Of a stretch of DNA of 64,000 bases, positions 18,868 to 28,441 are shown one piece after another; the first letter of the stretch is position 1, and each line of letters begins with the position of its first letter. The notes beneath the pieces were generated by a model that made no database searches, had not been told where the DNA came from, and was given only the letters and a program-made list of their open reading frames with translations. A program made the translations under genes and the position numbers. The stretch covers positions 2,403-66,402 of the forward strand of contig JBDHTX010000010.1 of assembly GCA_039808885.1 (NCBI GenBank), read 5' to 3'. The stretch is from Dongiaceae bacterium (GTDB lineage Bacteria > Pseudomonadota > Alphaproteobacteria > Dongiales > Dongiaceae).

Positions 18868-19722
18868 TCAGTCATACGAATGCCCGGCCTTCAATCCCAT
18901 GCGGACGCGATGCGCGAGTTCGAGCGCCGCCGGCGTTTCCCGCGTGTCGAGGGTTCGCTTCGCCGGGAGCGTGCTGTCGATCACGTCGATGATGCGGCCG
19001 GGCCGGGCGCTCATCACCACGATCTTGGTCGAGAGCAGCACCGCCTCGTCGATCGAATGGGTGACGAAGATGACGGTCTTGCGGGTCTTCTCCCAGATCT
19101 GCAGCAGCTCCTCGTTCATGCGGTCGCGGGTGATCTCGTCCAGCGCGCCGAAGGGCTCGTCCATCAGCAGCAATTGCGGCTCAAAGGACAGCGCGCGGGC
19201 GATGGAGACGCGCTGCTGCATGCCGCCGGAGAGCTGCCACGGGAACTTCTTCTCGAAGCCCTTGAGGCCGACCAGCTCCAGGTAGCGGCGGGCCTTGGCC
19301 TCGCGCTCCTCCTTCGAGACGCCCATGATCTCATGCGGCAGCTCGACATTGCGCAGGACATTGCGCCAGGGATAGAGCGCGGAGGACTGGAAGATATAGC
19401 CATAGGCGCGCTTCAGCCGCGCTTCGCGCGGGCTGACGCCGTTGACCGTGACACTGCCCTCGGTCGGCTGCTCCAGATCCGCGACGATGCGCATCAAGGT
19501 GGTCTTGCCGCAGCCGGACGGGCCGATCAGCGAGACGAACTCGCCGGCGCGAACCTGCAGGTCGATGTTGCTGAGCGCGAAGACCGGCGCGTCGGCGGTC
19601 TGGAACGTCAGGCTCAGATTCTGGATGTCGATGATGGTGTCGGAGGCGGCGGGCTTGTTCGCAGCGCCCTTGCCGCGGCCCTTGGGCAGATCGACCACCT
19701 TGGCGGTCGGCTCAGAGGGCAT
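18868..19722 (-). CDS. ABC transporter ATP-binding protein (SsuB/TauB type)
   Basis: GPSGCGKT, LSGGMQQR, LLMDEPFGALD, VTHS. Confidence 0.92.
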   Translation of the reverse strand: MPSEPTAKVVDLPKGRGKGAANKPAASDTIIDIQNLSLTFQTADAPVFALSNIDLQVRAGEFVSLIGPSGCGKTTLMRIVADLEQPTEGSVTVNGVSPREARLKRAYGYIFQSSALYPWRNVLRNVELPHEIMGVSKEEREAKARRYLELVGLKGFEKKFPWQLSGGMQQRVSIARALSFEPQLLLMDEPFGALDEITRDRMNEELLQIWEKTRKTVIFVTHSIDEAVLLSTKIVVMSARPGRIIDVIDSTLPAKRTLDTRETPAALELAHRVRMGLKAGHSYD

Positions 19723-20950
19723 TGGCGCGCTCCACCATGGCGCGGAGCAGCACGTCGCAGCCGGCGCCGCAATCCTCCTTGGTCGCGTTCTCCACCTCGT
19801 TGTGGCTGATGCCGTCCTCGCAGGGGATGAACACCATGCCGGTCGGCGCCACGCGGTTCATGTAGCAGGCGTCGTGGCCGGCGCCGCTGATGATCGGCAT
19901 GGAGGCGTAGCCGAGTTCCTCCGCGCCCGCTTTGACCGCGGCGACACAGGAGGTGTCGAACTTCACCGGCGGGGAATACCAGATCTCCTTGAAGTCGAGC
20001 TGCAGGCCGTTCTTCTTCGCCGCCTCCTCGCAGGCGGCCTTCGCCTCCGCCGCCATCTTGCTGAGGATCTTGTCCTCGGGATGGCGCAGGTCAATGGTGA
20101 AGAACACCTTGCCCGGGATGGTGTTGCGCGAATTGGGGCTGGACTGGATCAGGCCGACGGTGGCGCAGGCGAAGGGCTGATTGGAATGGCCGATATTGTT
20201 GACGGCGGTCACGACATGGGCGGCGCCGACCAGCGCGTCCTTGCGGACCTTCATCGGCGTTGGCCCGGCATGGGCCTCCTGCCCCGTCATGGTCACTTCG
20301 AACCAGCGCTGGCCTTGCGCGCCCTGGACCACGCCGATGGTCTTCTTCTCCACTTCGAGGATCGGGCCCTGCTCGATATGGGTCTCGAAAAAGGCGAAGA
20401 TCTCGCGGCCGCCGACCTGCTCCGGCCCGTCATAGCCGATGCGCTTCAGCTCCTGGCCCATGGTCTTGCCGTCGAGATCGGCGCGGCTGAGACCGTAATC
20501 GAGATCGAACACGCCGGCGAAGACGCCGGAGGCGACCATCGCGGGGGCGAAGCGCGAGCCCTCCTCGTTGGTCCACACCGCGACCTCCACGGGCCGCGCG
20601 GTCTCGTAGTTGAAGTCGTTCAGGGTGCGGACGACTTCCAGCCCGGCCATGATGCCGTAGATGCCGTCGAACTTGCCCCCGGTCGGCTGGCTGTCGATAT
20701 GGCTGCCGGTCATCACCGGCGGCAGCGAGTTGTCCTTGCCTGGGCGGCGGGCGAAGATGTTGCCCATCTTGTCGACCTTGATGGTGCAGCCGGCCTCCTT
20801 CGCCCATTGGCAGAACAGGTCGCGGGCCTGCTTGTCGAGGTCGGTGAGGGCCAGGCGGCAGACGCCGCCCTTTTCCGTGGCGCCGATCTTGGCCATTTCC
20901 ATCAGGCTGTCCCACAGGCGATCGGCATTGATGCGTAGATTGGTCGCCAC
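19712..20950 (-). CDS. pydC: Beta-ureidopropionase / N-carbamoyl-amino acid amidohydrolase (M20 family)
   Basis: GSHIDSQPTGGKFDG, NEEG, HIEQGP, SGAGHDA; GTG start. Confidence 0.85.
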   Translation of the reverse strand: MATNLRINADRLWDSLMEMAKIGATEKGGVCRLALTDLDKQARDLFCQWAKEAGCTIKVDKMGNIFARRPGKDNSLPPVMTGSHIDSQPTGGKFDGIYGIMAGLEVVRTLNDFNYETARPVEVAVWTNEEGSRFAPAMVASGVFAGVFDLDYGLSRADLDGKTMGQELKRIGYDGPEQVGGREIFAFFETHIEQGPILEVEKKTIGVVQGAQGQRWFEVTMTGQEAHAGPTPMKVRKDALVGAAHVVTAVNNIGHSNQPFACATVGLIQSSPNSRNTIPGKVFFTIDLRHPEDKILSKMAAEAKAACEEAAKKNGLQLDFKEIWYSPPVKFDTSCVAAVKAGAEELGYASMPIISGAGHDACYMNRVAPTGMVFIPCEDGISHNEVENATKEDCGAGCDVLLRAMVERANAL

Positions 20951-21046
20951 GATGAACCTCCCAGAAGATCAGCAGCCTAGACGCAGAGATTTAGCAGCGC
21001 GGGCTTGGAGTCGCCGGCATTTATTTTGTCGCAATCTTCGCGCTTT

Positions 21047-21062
21047 CTGACCAAACGGTCAA
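21047..21062. promoter_or_regulatory. RutR/PydR operator upstream of pydC
   Basis: CTGACCAAACGGTCAA, 2 mismatches to TTGACCAnnTGGTCAA. Confidence 0.75.
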
Positions 21063-21082
21063 GCATCCGGCCTGCCGCTTTT

Positions 21083-22363
21083 CTAGCGTGAAGCGCCCAG
21101 AAAATCGGCACTTTCCGGCCGTCCGGGCAGCCTCAGCCGCGTCGTCTGTGCCGGCGTTTCGGCGATGACCTTGCCGCGCCGCAGGACCAGGAGTCGGGTG
21201 GCGCGGACGCGGATCGCCTCGACCGGATCCGCCGCCTGCAGGACCACCAGATCGGCATTGCAGCCGGGGGCCAGACCGTAGCCGTCGAGTTGCAGGATAC
21301 GGGCGGGATTCTCCGTCACCGCGGCGAAGCAGGCGCGCATCGCGTCCTGGCCGGTCATCTGCGCCACATGGAGGCCCATATGGGCGACCTCCAGCATGTC
21401 GCCCGAGCCCAGGCCGTACCAGGGGTCCATCACGCAGTCATGGCCGAAGGCGACGGTGAGGCCGGCCGCCATCAGCTCGGGAACGCGGGTCATGCCGCGG
21501 CGCTTCGGATAGGTGTCGTGGCGGCCCTGGATGGTGATGTTGATCAGCGGATTGGCGATGGCGTTGAGCCGCGCTTCCGCCATCAACGGGATCAACTTGC
21601 TGACATAGTAGTTGTCCATGGAATGCATGGAGGTGAGGTGCGAGCCGGTCACGCGTCCCTGAAGGCCGAGCCGCTGCGTCTCGTAGGCAAGCGTCTCCAC
21701 ATGGCGCGACAGCGGGTCGTCGGTCTCGTCGCAATGCATGTCGACCAGCAGGCCGCGCTCCGCCGCGATTTCGCACAGCGCGCGGACCGAGGCGGCGCCG
21801 TCGGCCATGGTGCGCTCGAAATGCGGGATGCCGCCGACCACGTCGACGCCGCGGTCGAGCGCCGCCTTCAGCAGATCCATCGCCCCCGGCGAGCGGAAGA
21901 CGCCGTCCTGCGGGAACGCGACCAGCTGCAGGTCGAGATACGGCTTGACCCTCTTCTTCACCTCGAGCAGCGCGTCAACCGCCAGCAGGCGCGGATCGCA
22001 GATATCGACATGGGAGCGGATCGCCAGCAGTCCCTTGGCCACCGCCCAGTCGCAATAGGCGAGCGCCCGGTTGGCGATGGCCTCTTGCGTGAGCAATGGC
22101 TTCAACTCGCCCCACAGCGCGATGCCTTCCAGCAGCGTGCCGGACTGGTTGAGGCGCGGCAGGCCGAGGGACAGGGTCGCGTCCATGTGGAAATGCGCGT
22201 CGACGAAAGGCGGCGTCACCAGCCGGCCCTTGGCGTCGATCTCCTGCCCCGCCTGGGCCTTCAGCCCCGGCTCGACCGCCGCGATCTTGCCGCCGGCGAT
22301 GCCGATATCGATGCCCTTGCGGCCGTCCGGCAGGTTGGCTCCGCGGAGGATGACGTCGAGCAT
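21083..22363 (-). CDS. codA: Cytosine deaminase-type amidohydrolase
   Basis: DAHFHMD, HCDETDDP, GSH, FGHDCVMDPWY (bacterial CodA metal ligands). Confidence 0.8.
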   Translation of the reverse strand: MLDVILRGANLPDGRKGIDIGIAGGKIAAVEPGLKAQAGQEIDAKGRLVTPPFVDAHFHMDATLSLGLPRLNQSGTLLEGIALWGELKPLLTQEAIANRALAYCDWAVAKGLLAIRSHVDICDPRLLAVDALLEVKKRVKPYLDLQLVAFPQDGVFRSPGAMDLLKAALDRGVDVVGGIPHFERTMADGAASVRALCEIAAERGLLVDMHCDETDDPLSRHVETLAYETQRLGLQGRVTGSHLTSMHSMDNYYVSKLIPLMAEARLNAIANPLINITIQGRHDTYPKRRGMTRVPELMAAGLTVAFGHDCVMDPWYGLGSGDMLEVAHMGLHVAQMTGQDAMRACFAAVTENPARILQLDGYGLAPGCNADLVVLQAADPVEAIRVRATRLLVLRRGKVIAETPAQTTRLRLPGRPESADFLGASR

Positions 22364-22364
22364 C

Positions 22365-23306
22365 TCAGCGCTCTCCCTTGCGATAGGCGATCATCAGCGC
22401 GCGCGGATAGCCGGCGCGGCGCGACATGACGATGAGCGCCAGGATGGACAGGATATAGGGCAGCATCAGGAATACCTGGTAGGGCACATAGGCGCCGGCC
22501 AGCTGCTGCAGGCGCAACTGATAGGCGTCGAAGGCGGCGAACAGGATGGCGCCGAGCAGCGCCTTGCCGGGGCGCCACGAACCGAAGACGACGAGCGCGA
22601 TGCAGATCCAGCCGCGGCCGTTCACCATGTCGAAATAGAAGGAGTTGAAGGCCGACATGGTGAGAAAGGCGCCGCCCAGGGCCATGAAGGCGCTGCCCAC
22701 GGCCACCGCGCCCATGCGCAGCAGCGTCACGTCGATGCCCTGGGCCTCCACCGCCGCCGGGTTCTCGCCCACCGTGCGCACCGCCAACCCGATCGGCGTG
22801 CGGTAGAGCACATAGGCGACCAGCGCCACGGCCAGGAACGCCAGATAGGTCAGCGGCGTCTGGCGGAACAGGGCCTCGCCAAAGAAGGGAATCTGCGACA
22901 GCCCCGGAATGTCGAACGGCGCGAAGGGCTCGATCTTCGGCGGCGAGGTCACTTCCGGGAACGCCAGGCGGTAGGCGTAGTAGGTCAACGACGTCGCCAG
23001 CAGGGTGATGCCGATGCCGGTCACATGCTGCGACAGGCCGAGCGGCACGGTCATGAAGCCGTGCAGCAGGCCGAAAGCCGCGCCCGCCAGCGCGGCGATG
23101 GCAAGGCCGGTCCACAGGTCCGCACCGTGATAGACGGCGACCCAGCCGGCGAAGGCGCCGACGGTCATGATGCCTTCGATGCCGAGATTGAGCACCCCTG
23201 CCCGCTCGCAGATCAGTTCGCCCAGGGTGGCGAAGATCAGGGGCGAGGCGATGCGGATGGCGGCCGCCCACAGGCTCGTGGTGAACAGGATCTCGATCGC
23301 CTCCAT
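22365..23306 (-). CDS. Nucleoside/nucleobase ABC permease (CUT2/BMP type)
   Basis: CERAGVLNLGIEG, GENP, GRGWICIALVVFG, MLPY. Confidence 0.88.
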   Translation of the reverse strand: MEAIEILFTTSLWAAAIRIASPLIFATLGELICERAGVLNLGIEGIMTVGAFAGWVAVYHGADLWTGLAIAALAGAAFGLLHGFMTVPLGLSQHVTGIGITLLATSLTYYAYRLAFPEVTSPPKIEPFAPFDIPGLSQIPFFGEALFRQTPLTYLAFLAVALVAYVLYRTPIGLAVRTVGENPAAVEAQGIDVTLLRMGAVAVGSAFMALGGAFLTMSAFNSFYFDMVNGRGWICIALVVFGSWRPGKALLGAILFAAFDAYQLRLQQLAGAYVPYQVFLMLPYILSILALIVMSRRAGYPRALMIAYRKGER

Positions 23307-23310
23307 CGCG

Positions 23311-24360
23311 TCAGCCCCGCCGCAGCCGGAAACGGGTGAACAGCATGCCGGCGACCATGGTCAGCAGGGCCGTCGCCACCATCACATTGGCGATGTAGTT
23401 GGGCACGCCGACGCTGCGGCTCATGGCATCGGCGCCGACGAACATGGCGGCGACGAAGATCGCGGCGGCGATGACGCCCAGCGGATGCAGGGCCGCCAGC
23501 ATGGCCACGACGATGCCGGTGTAGCCGAAGCCCGGCGACAGATCGAGGGTCAGATTCCCTTTCAGCCCCGCCACCTCGCTGACCCCGGCGAGGGCCGCCA
23601 GGCCGCCCGAGAGCAAGGCGGTCTTGGCCATCACCCAGTTGACGGGAATGCCGGCGAAACGCGCCGCGCGGGCGTTGAAGCCAACCGCGCGCATCTCGTA
23701 GCCCAAGGTGGTGCGGACATTGACGAACCACACCGCGCAGGCCGCCAGGATGGCGACGACGAAGCCCCAATGCAGACGCTTGCCCTGCACCAGCTTCGGC
23801 CAGACCGCTTCGGCGATGACCTTCTTCGACTGCGGCCAGCCAAGGCCCATCGGATCCTTCAGCGGGCCGTCGAGCAGCAGGCTGACCAGCAGCACGATGA
23901 TGAAGTTCAGCAGCAAGGTGGTGACCACCTCGTCCACGCCGAAGCGCGTCTTGAGCAAGGTCGGGCCGAGCAGCAGCAGCGCGCCGGTCAGCGCCGCGAC
24001 AAACGCGATCAAGGGCAGCAGGACCGGCGCCGGCAACGGCAGCATCCCGGTGCCGAGCACCACGCAGACGATGGCGCCGGCATAGAGCTGCGCCTCGCCG
24101 CCGATGTTCCACAGCCGGGCGCGGAAGGCGACGGCGGCGGCGAGGCCGGTGAAGATCAAGGGCGTGGCGCGGGTCAGGGTCTCGAGGAAGGCGAATTGCG
24201 TCCCCAAGGCCCCCTTGATCACCGCGGCGAAGACGGCGAAGGGCGACGCCCCGCCGAGGAGCACCAGCAGGGCGGCGACAACGAAACTAGCGGCGATGGC
24301 GGCGAGCGGCGCCGCCAGCTTCAACGTCAGCGAAGCCTCCGCGCGGGGCTCAAGCCGCAT
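23311..24360 (-). CDS. Nucleoside/nucleobase ABC permease
   Basis: WNIGGEAQ, VDEVVTTLLLNF, GYEMRAVG, GFGYTGIVVAML. Confidence 0.88.
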   Translation of the reverse strand: MRLEPRAEASLTLKLAAPLAAIAASFVVAALLVLLGGASPFAVFAAVIKGALGTQFAFLETLTRATPLIFTGLAAAVAFRARLWNIGGEAQLYAGAIVCVVLGTGMLPLPAPVLLPLIAFVAALTGALLLLGPTLLKTRFGVDEVVTTLLLNFIIVLLVSLLLDGPLKDPMGLGWPQSKKVIAEAVWPKLVQGKRLHWGFVVAILAACAVWFVNVRTTLGYEMRAVGFNARAARFAGIPVNWVMAKTALLSGGLAALAGVSEVAGLKGNLTLDLSPGFGYTGIVVAMLAALHPLGVIAAAIFVAAMFVGADAMSRSVGVPNYIANVMVATALLTMVAGMLFTRFRLRRG

Positions 24361-25912
24361 GGCCCGCCCCCTCCCCCGCAAAGCCCTGGCCGGCCATCAT
24401 CAGGCCGAGTTCGCGGATCTCGACCCGGCCACGCGCCAGGCTGGGCGAGACCTGGCCGCGGTACATGACGACGACACGGTCGGCCAAGGCGAGCAGTTCA
24501 TCGAGATCCTCGGAGATCAGCAGGATGCCGGCGCCGCCCTGACGCGCGGCCAGGAGCTGCCGATGCACGTAGGAGACGGCGCCGATGTCGAGCCCGCGGC
24601 TGGGCTGGTTGGCGAGGATGATGCGCGGCCCCTGCGCCATCTCGCGGCCCAGAATCAGCTTCTGCATGTTGCCGCCGGAGAGCAGCCGCGTGATCGCCTG
24701 CGGGCCGGGGCAGCGCACGTCGTAATCGGCGATGATGCGGGTGGCGAAGTCCCGCGCCGCCTTCCAGTCGATGAGGCCCCGGCGCGAAAAGGGCGGCTCG
24801 CCGTAGCGGGCGGAGATCAGGTTCTCCTCCAGCGTGAGGTCGGCGATCAGGCCCTGGGCGTGGCGGTCCTCAGGGATTCGGCCGATGCCGTAGGCGACCA
24901 TGCGGCCCGGGTCGAAATAGTGAATCTCCTGGCCGAACAGCGCCACTTTTCCGGCGGCGGGCTCGACCATGCCGCTCACCAGATCGGCCAGGACCGACTG
25001 GCCGTTGCCGGAGACGCCGGCGATGCCGAGGATCTCCCCGCCATGCAGCGTCAGCGTGGCGTCCCGAAGCTGCGCGCGGCCGGATTTCGCGTCCCGCACG
25101 GTGACACCGGCAAGCTCCAGCACCGCGCCGCCCAGGGGCACCGGATCGACCTTGGGCTCGGGCACGACGCGGCCGACCATCAGCTCCGCCAGTTCGTGCC
25201 GGTCGGTCGCCGACGTGATCCGTTCCGCCACCAGCCTGCCCTGGCGCAGCACCAGGACCCGGTCGCTCGCCGCCATCACCTCATGCAGCTTGTGCGAGAT
25301 GAAGATGACGGCAAGGCCGCGGCTGACCAGCTTGTACAGGGTGGCAAACAGCGCCTCGCTTTCCTGCGGCGTCAGGACGGCGGTCGGCTCGTCGAGGATC
25401 AGGATGCGCGCGTCGCGATAGAGCGCCTTCAGGATCTCCACCCGCTGGCGCTCGCCGACCGAGAGCTCGGCAATCCGGGCGTCCGGACGAATCGCGAGAC
25501 CGAAGGCTTCCGAGAGCTCCGCCAGCTTTCGCCGTCCCTCGGCGCGGCGCGAGGCGGCACGCCACAGCGCCTCGGTGCCCAGCATGACGTTGTCGAGCAC
25601 GGTCAGGTTGTCGGCCAGGGTGAAATGCTGGTGCACCATGCCGATGCCGCGTTCGAGCGCGGCGCGCGGCGACCCCGGCGGCAGGGCCTCGCCGAAGGCA
25701 TTGATCGATCCCTCATCGGCCACGTAGTGACCGAACAGGATGTTCATCAGCGTGGTCTTGCCCGCGCCATTCTCGCCCAGCAGGGCCAGCACCTCGCCAC
25801 GATGCAGATCGAAGGTGATCCCATCATTGGCGAGGAACGGACCGAAGCGCTTGGTAATGCCGGTGAGCCGGAGGACGACCTCCCCCGGCTCTGTCCCAGC
25901 CATGGCTGGCAT
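24350..25912 (-). CDS. Two-domain ABC ATP-binding protein (CUT2 type)
   Basis: GENGAGKT, LSVGERQRVEI, LDEPT; second domain LSGGNMQK, LISEDLDE; start at 25912 or 25903. Confidence 0.9.
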   Translation of the reverse strand: MPAMAGTEPGEVVLRLTGITKRFGPFLANDGITFDLHRGEVLALLGENGAGKTTLMNILFGHYVADEGSINAFGEALPPGSPRAALERGIGMVHQHFTLADNLTVLDNVMLGTEALWRAASRRAEGRRKLAELSEAFGLAIRPDARIAELSVGERQRVEILKALYRDARILILDEPTAVLTPQESEALFATLYKLVSRGLAVIFISHKLHEVMAASDRVLVLRQGRLVAERITSATDRHELAELMVGRVVPEPKVDPVPLGGAVLELAGVTVRDAKSGRAQLRDATLTLHGGEILGIAGVSGNGQSVLADLVSGMVEPAAGKVALFGQEIHYFDPGRMVAYGIGRIPEDRHAQGLIADLTLEENLISARYGEPPFSRRGLIDWKAARDFATRIIADYDVRCPGPQAITRLLSGGNMQKLILGREMAQGPRIILANQPSRGLDIGAVSYVHRQLLAARQGGAGILLISEDLDELLALADRVVVMYRGQVSPSLARGRVEIRELGLMMAGQGFAGEGAGHAA

Positions 25913-25925
25913 CGATGCGACGCCG

Positions 25926-26933
25926 TCAGCTCGATTTCGGCTCGTTGTCGTCGATGGCGACCGAGAAGCTGCCGTCCTTGATCGCCTTTTCCTTCTCGGC
26001 AACCTTGGCGACCACGTCGGCCGGCACCTTGCCCTCGAAGGTGCCGAGCGGCGAGAGCGAGCAGCCGCCGGCCTTCATGAAGGAATAGACGCCGTAATCC
26101 TCGACCTTGAAGGCGCCCGCCTTCACCGCGGCGATGGCGGCATCCAAGGTCGGCTCGAAATGCCAGAGCGCCGAGGCGACCACCGTGTCCGGGTAATCCG
26201 CCTGGGTGTCGATGACGTTGCCGATGGCGAGCACGCCGCGCTCCTTGGCCGCGTCGGAGACGCCGAAGCGCTCGGCATACATCAGATCGGCTCCGGCATC
26301 GATCTGGGCGAAGGCCGTCTCCTTGGCCTTCGGCGGATCGAACCAGGAGCCGATGAAGGCGACCTGGAACTTGGTGTCGGGTGCCGTCTCCTTCACGCCG
26401 GCCATGAAGGCGTTCATCAGCCGGTTGACCTCCGGGATCGGATAGCCGCCGACCATGCCGATGTTCTTCTTCTTGGTCATGGCGCCGGCAACGATTCCGG
26501 TCAGATACGAGGCGTCCTGAATGTAGTTGTCGAAGACCGCAAAGTTTGGCACCGCGGCATCCGGCTTGAAGCTGGAGCCGATCAGGAAGGCGCGGTCCGG
26601 ATAGTCCTTGGCCACCGCGCGGGCGGCGTCTTCCACCGCAAAGGCCTCGCCGACGATCAGCTGATGCCCCGCCTCGCAATACTCGCGCATCACGCGCTCG
26701 TAGTCGGTGTTCGAGACCTTTTCCGAGAAGGTGTATTCGATGTCGCCGCGCTCCTGGGCCGCCGTCGCGGCCTTGTGGATCCGGCTGACCCACTGCTGTT
26801 CCACCGGCACAGTGTAGATTGCCGCGGTCTTGATCTTGTCCGCCGCCCAGGCGCGCCGGCCCATGCCGCCGAACGCCGAAAGAGCCGCCGCCCCGCCCGT
26901 CGCGAGCAGGACATTACGACGAGAAAACGTCAT
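25926..26933 (-). CDS. BMP-family substrate-binding protein with a Tat signal
   Basis: MTFSRRNVLL twin-arginine motif; GMVGGYPIPEV, GSWFDP, GNVID. Confidence 0.87.
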   Translation of the reverse strand: MTFSRRNVLLATGGAAALSAFGGMGRRAWAADKIKTAAIYTVPVEQQWVSRIHKAATAAQERGDIEYTFSEKVSNTDYERVMREYCEAGHQLIVGEAFAVEDAARAVAKDYPDRAFLIGSSFKPDAAVPNFAVFDNYIQDASYLTGIVAGAMTKKKNIGMVGGYPIPEVNRLMNAFMAGVKETAPDTKFQVAFIGSWFDPPKAKETAFAQIDAGADLMYAERFGVSDAAKERGVLAIGNVIDTQADYPDTVVASALWHFEPTLDAAIAAVKAGAFKVEDYGVYSFMKAGGCSLSPLGTFEGKVPADVVAKVAEKEKAIKDGSFSVAIDDNEPKSS

Positions 26934-27003
26934 CTCCAGTCCCCCTTATCAGCCTGTTTTGGCCCTTTCCGGGCCGTTTCCCTGATCCTGCGCGAACTCT
27001 ACC

Positions 27004-28278
27004 CTATTCCGCCGCCTTGCGCATCGGGTTGCGGGGGTCTTGCGTCCAGTTGAGATACGGCTTTCCGGTGTCGACCGCGACCATGGAGATGCAGTCCGGC
27101 ACCGGGCAGACGTGGCTGCACAGGTTGCAGCCGACGCATTCGGCGTCGATCACTTCGTAGCGCCGCTTGCCGTCGACGCGCTGGGCGGCGATCGCCTGAT
27201 GCGAGGTGTCCTCGCAGGCGATGTGGCAGAGACCGCACTTGATGCACTTGTCCTGGTCGATCCTGGCGATGGATTTGTAGTTGATGTTGAGGAACTGCCA
27301 GTCGGTGACGTTGGGCACCGCCTTGCCGCGGAAGTCCTCGATGGTCTTGTAGCCCTTGCCGTCCATCCAGTTGGACAGGCCGGAGATCATGTCGTCGACG
27401 ATGCGGAAGCCATAATGCATCGCCGCGGTGCAGACCTGGACCGTGCCGGCGGAGAGCGAGATGAACTCCGCCGCGTCGCGCCAGTTGGCGATGCCGCCGA
27501 TGGCCGAGATCGGCAGGCCGAAGGTGTCCTTGTCGCGGGCGATGTCGGCGACCATGTGCATGGCGATCGGCTTCACCGCCGGGCCGCAATAGCCGCCATG
27601 GGTGCCCTTGCCGTCCACGGTCGGCGTCGGCGCCATGATGTCGAGGTCGATCGACGTGATGGAGTTGATGGTGTTGATCAGCGACACCGCATCCGCCCCG
27701 CCCTCCTTCGCCGCGCGGGCCGGCTTGCGGATGTCGGTGATGTTGGGCGTCAGCTTCACGATCACCGGCATCCGCGTGTGCTGCTTGCACCATCTGGCGA
27801 CCATGCCGACATATTCGGGCACCTGGCCGACGGCGGAGCCCATGCCGCGCTCCGACATGCCGTGCGGGCAGCCGAAATTGAGCTCGATCCCGTCGGCGCC
27901 GGTCTCCTCGACCAGCGGCAGGATGCCCTTCCAGGCCTCCTCGGTGCAGGGCACCATCAGCGAAACCACGACCGCACGGCCGGGCCAGTCGCGCTTCACC
28001 TGCTTGATCTCGCGCAGGTTCACGTCCAGCGGCCGGTCGGTGATCAGCTCGATGTTGTTGAAGCCGATCATGCGCTGGTCGGCGGAATGCAGCGCGCCGT
28101 AGCGCGAGCTCACGTTCACCACCGGCGGATCCTCGCCGAGCGTCTTCCACACCACCCCGCCCCAGCCCGCCTTGAAGGCGCGCACCACGTTGTAGGCCTT
28201 GTCGGTCGGCGGCGCGGAGGCGAGCCAGAACGGATTGGGCGACTTGATGCCGATGAAGTTGCTGCGAAGGTCGGCCAT
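27004..28278 (-). CDS. preA: Dihydropyrimidine dehydrogenase subunit B
   Basis: NPFWLASAPPT, VVWKT, NNIELI, ELNFGCPHG, VKLTPN; two C-terminal 4Fe-4S motifs. Confidence 0.93.
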   Translation of the reverse strand: MADLRSNFIGIKSPNPFWLASAPPTDKAYNVVRAFKAGWGGVVWKTLGEDPPVVNVSSRYGALHSADQRMIGFNNIELITDRPLDVNLREIKQVKRDWPGRAVVVSLMVPCTEEAWKGILPLVEETGADGIELNFGCPHGMSERGMGSAVGQVPEYVGMVARWCKQHTRMPVIVKLTPNITDIRKPARAAKEGGADAVSLINTINSITSIDLDIMAPTPTVDGKGTHGGYCGPAVKPIAMHMVADIARDKDTFGLPISAIGGIANWRDAAEFISLSAGTVQVCTAAMHYGFRIVDDMISGLSNWMDGKGYKTIEDFRGKAVPNVTDWQFLNINYKSIARIDQDKCIKCGLCHIACEDTSHQAIAAQRVDGKRRYEVIDAECVGCNLCSHVCPVPDCISMVAVDTGKPYLNWTQDPRNPMRKAAE

Positions 28279-28332
28279 CTCTGCTCTCCATCTCCCGCCG
28301 GACGTCTCACAGACGCCGGCATCCAACTCGAT

Positions 28333-28415
28333 CGTCACCCCGGGCTCGACCCGGGGCCCACCCATCCGCCTGCGTCAAGCCCATCCATGGATCCCGGGTC
28401 AAGCCCGGGATGACG
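28333..28415. repeat. REP-like palindrome, CGTCAT...GGATCCA family (copy A)
   Basis: 28-bp imperfect inverted arms CGTCACCCCGGGCTCGACCCGGGGCCCA and TGGATCCCGGGTCAAGCCCGGGATGACG; each arm is itself a hairpin. Confidence 0.8.
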
Positions 28416-28441
28416 GGCAGAGAAGCGGCGCGATCCCGCTC

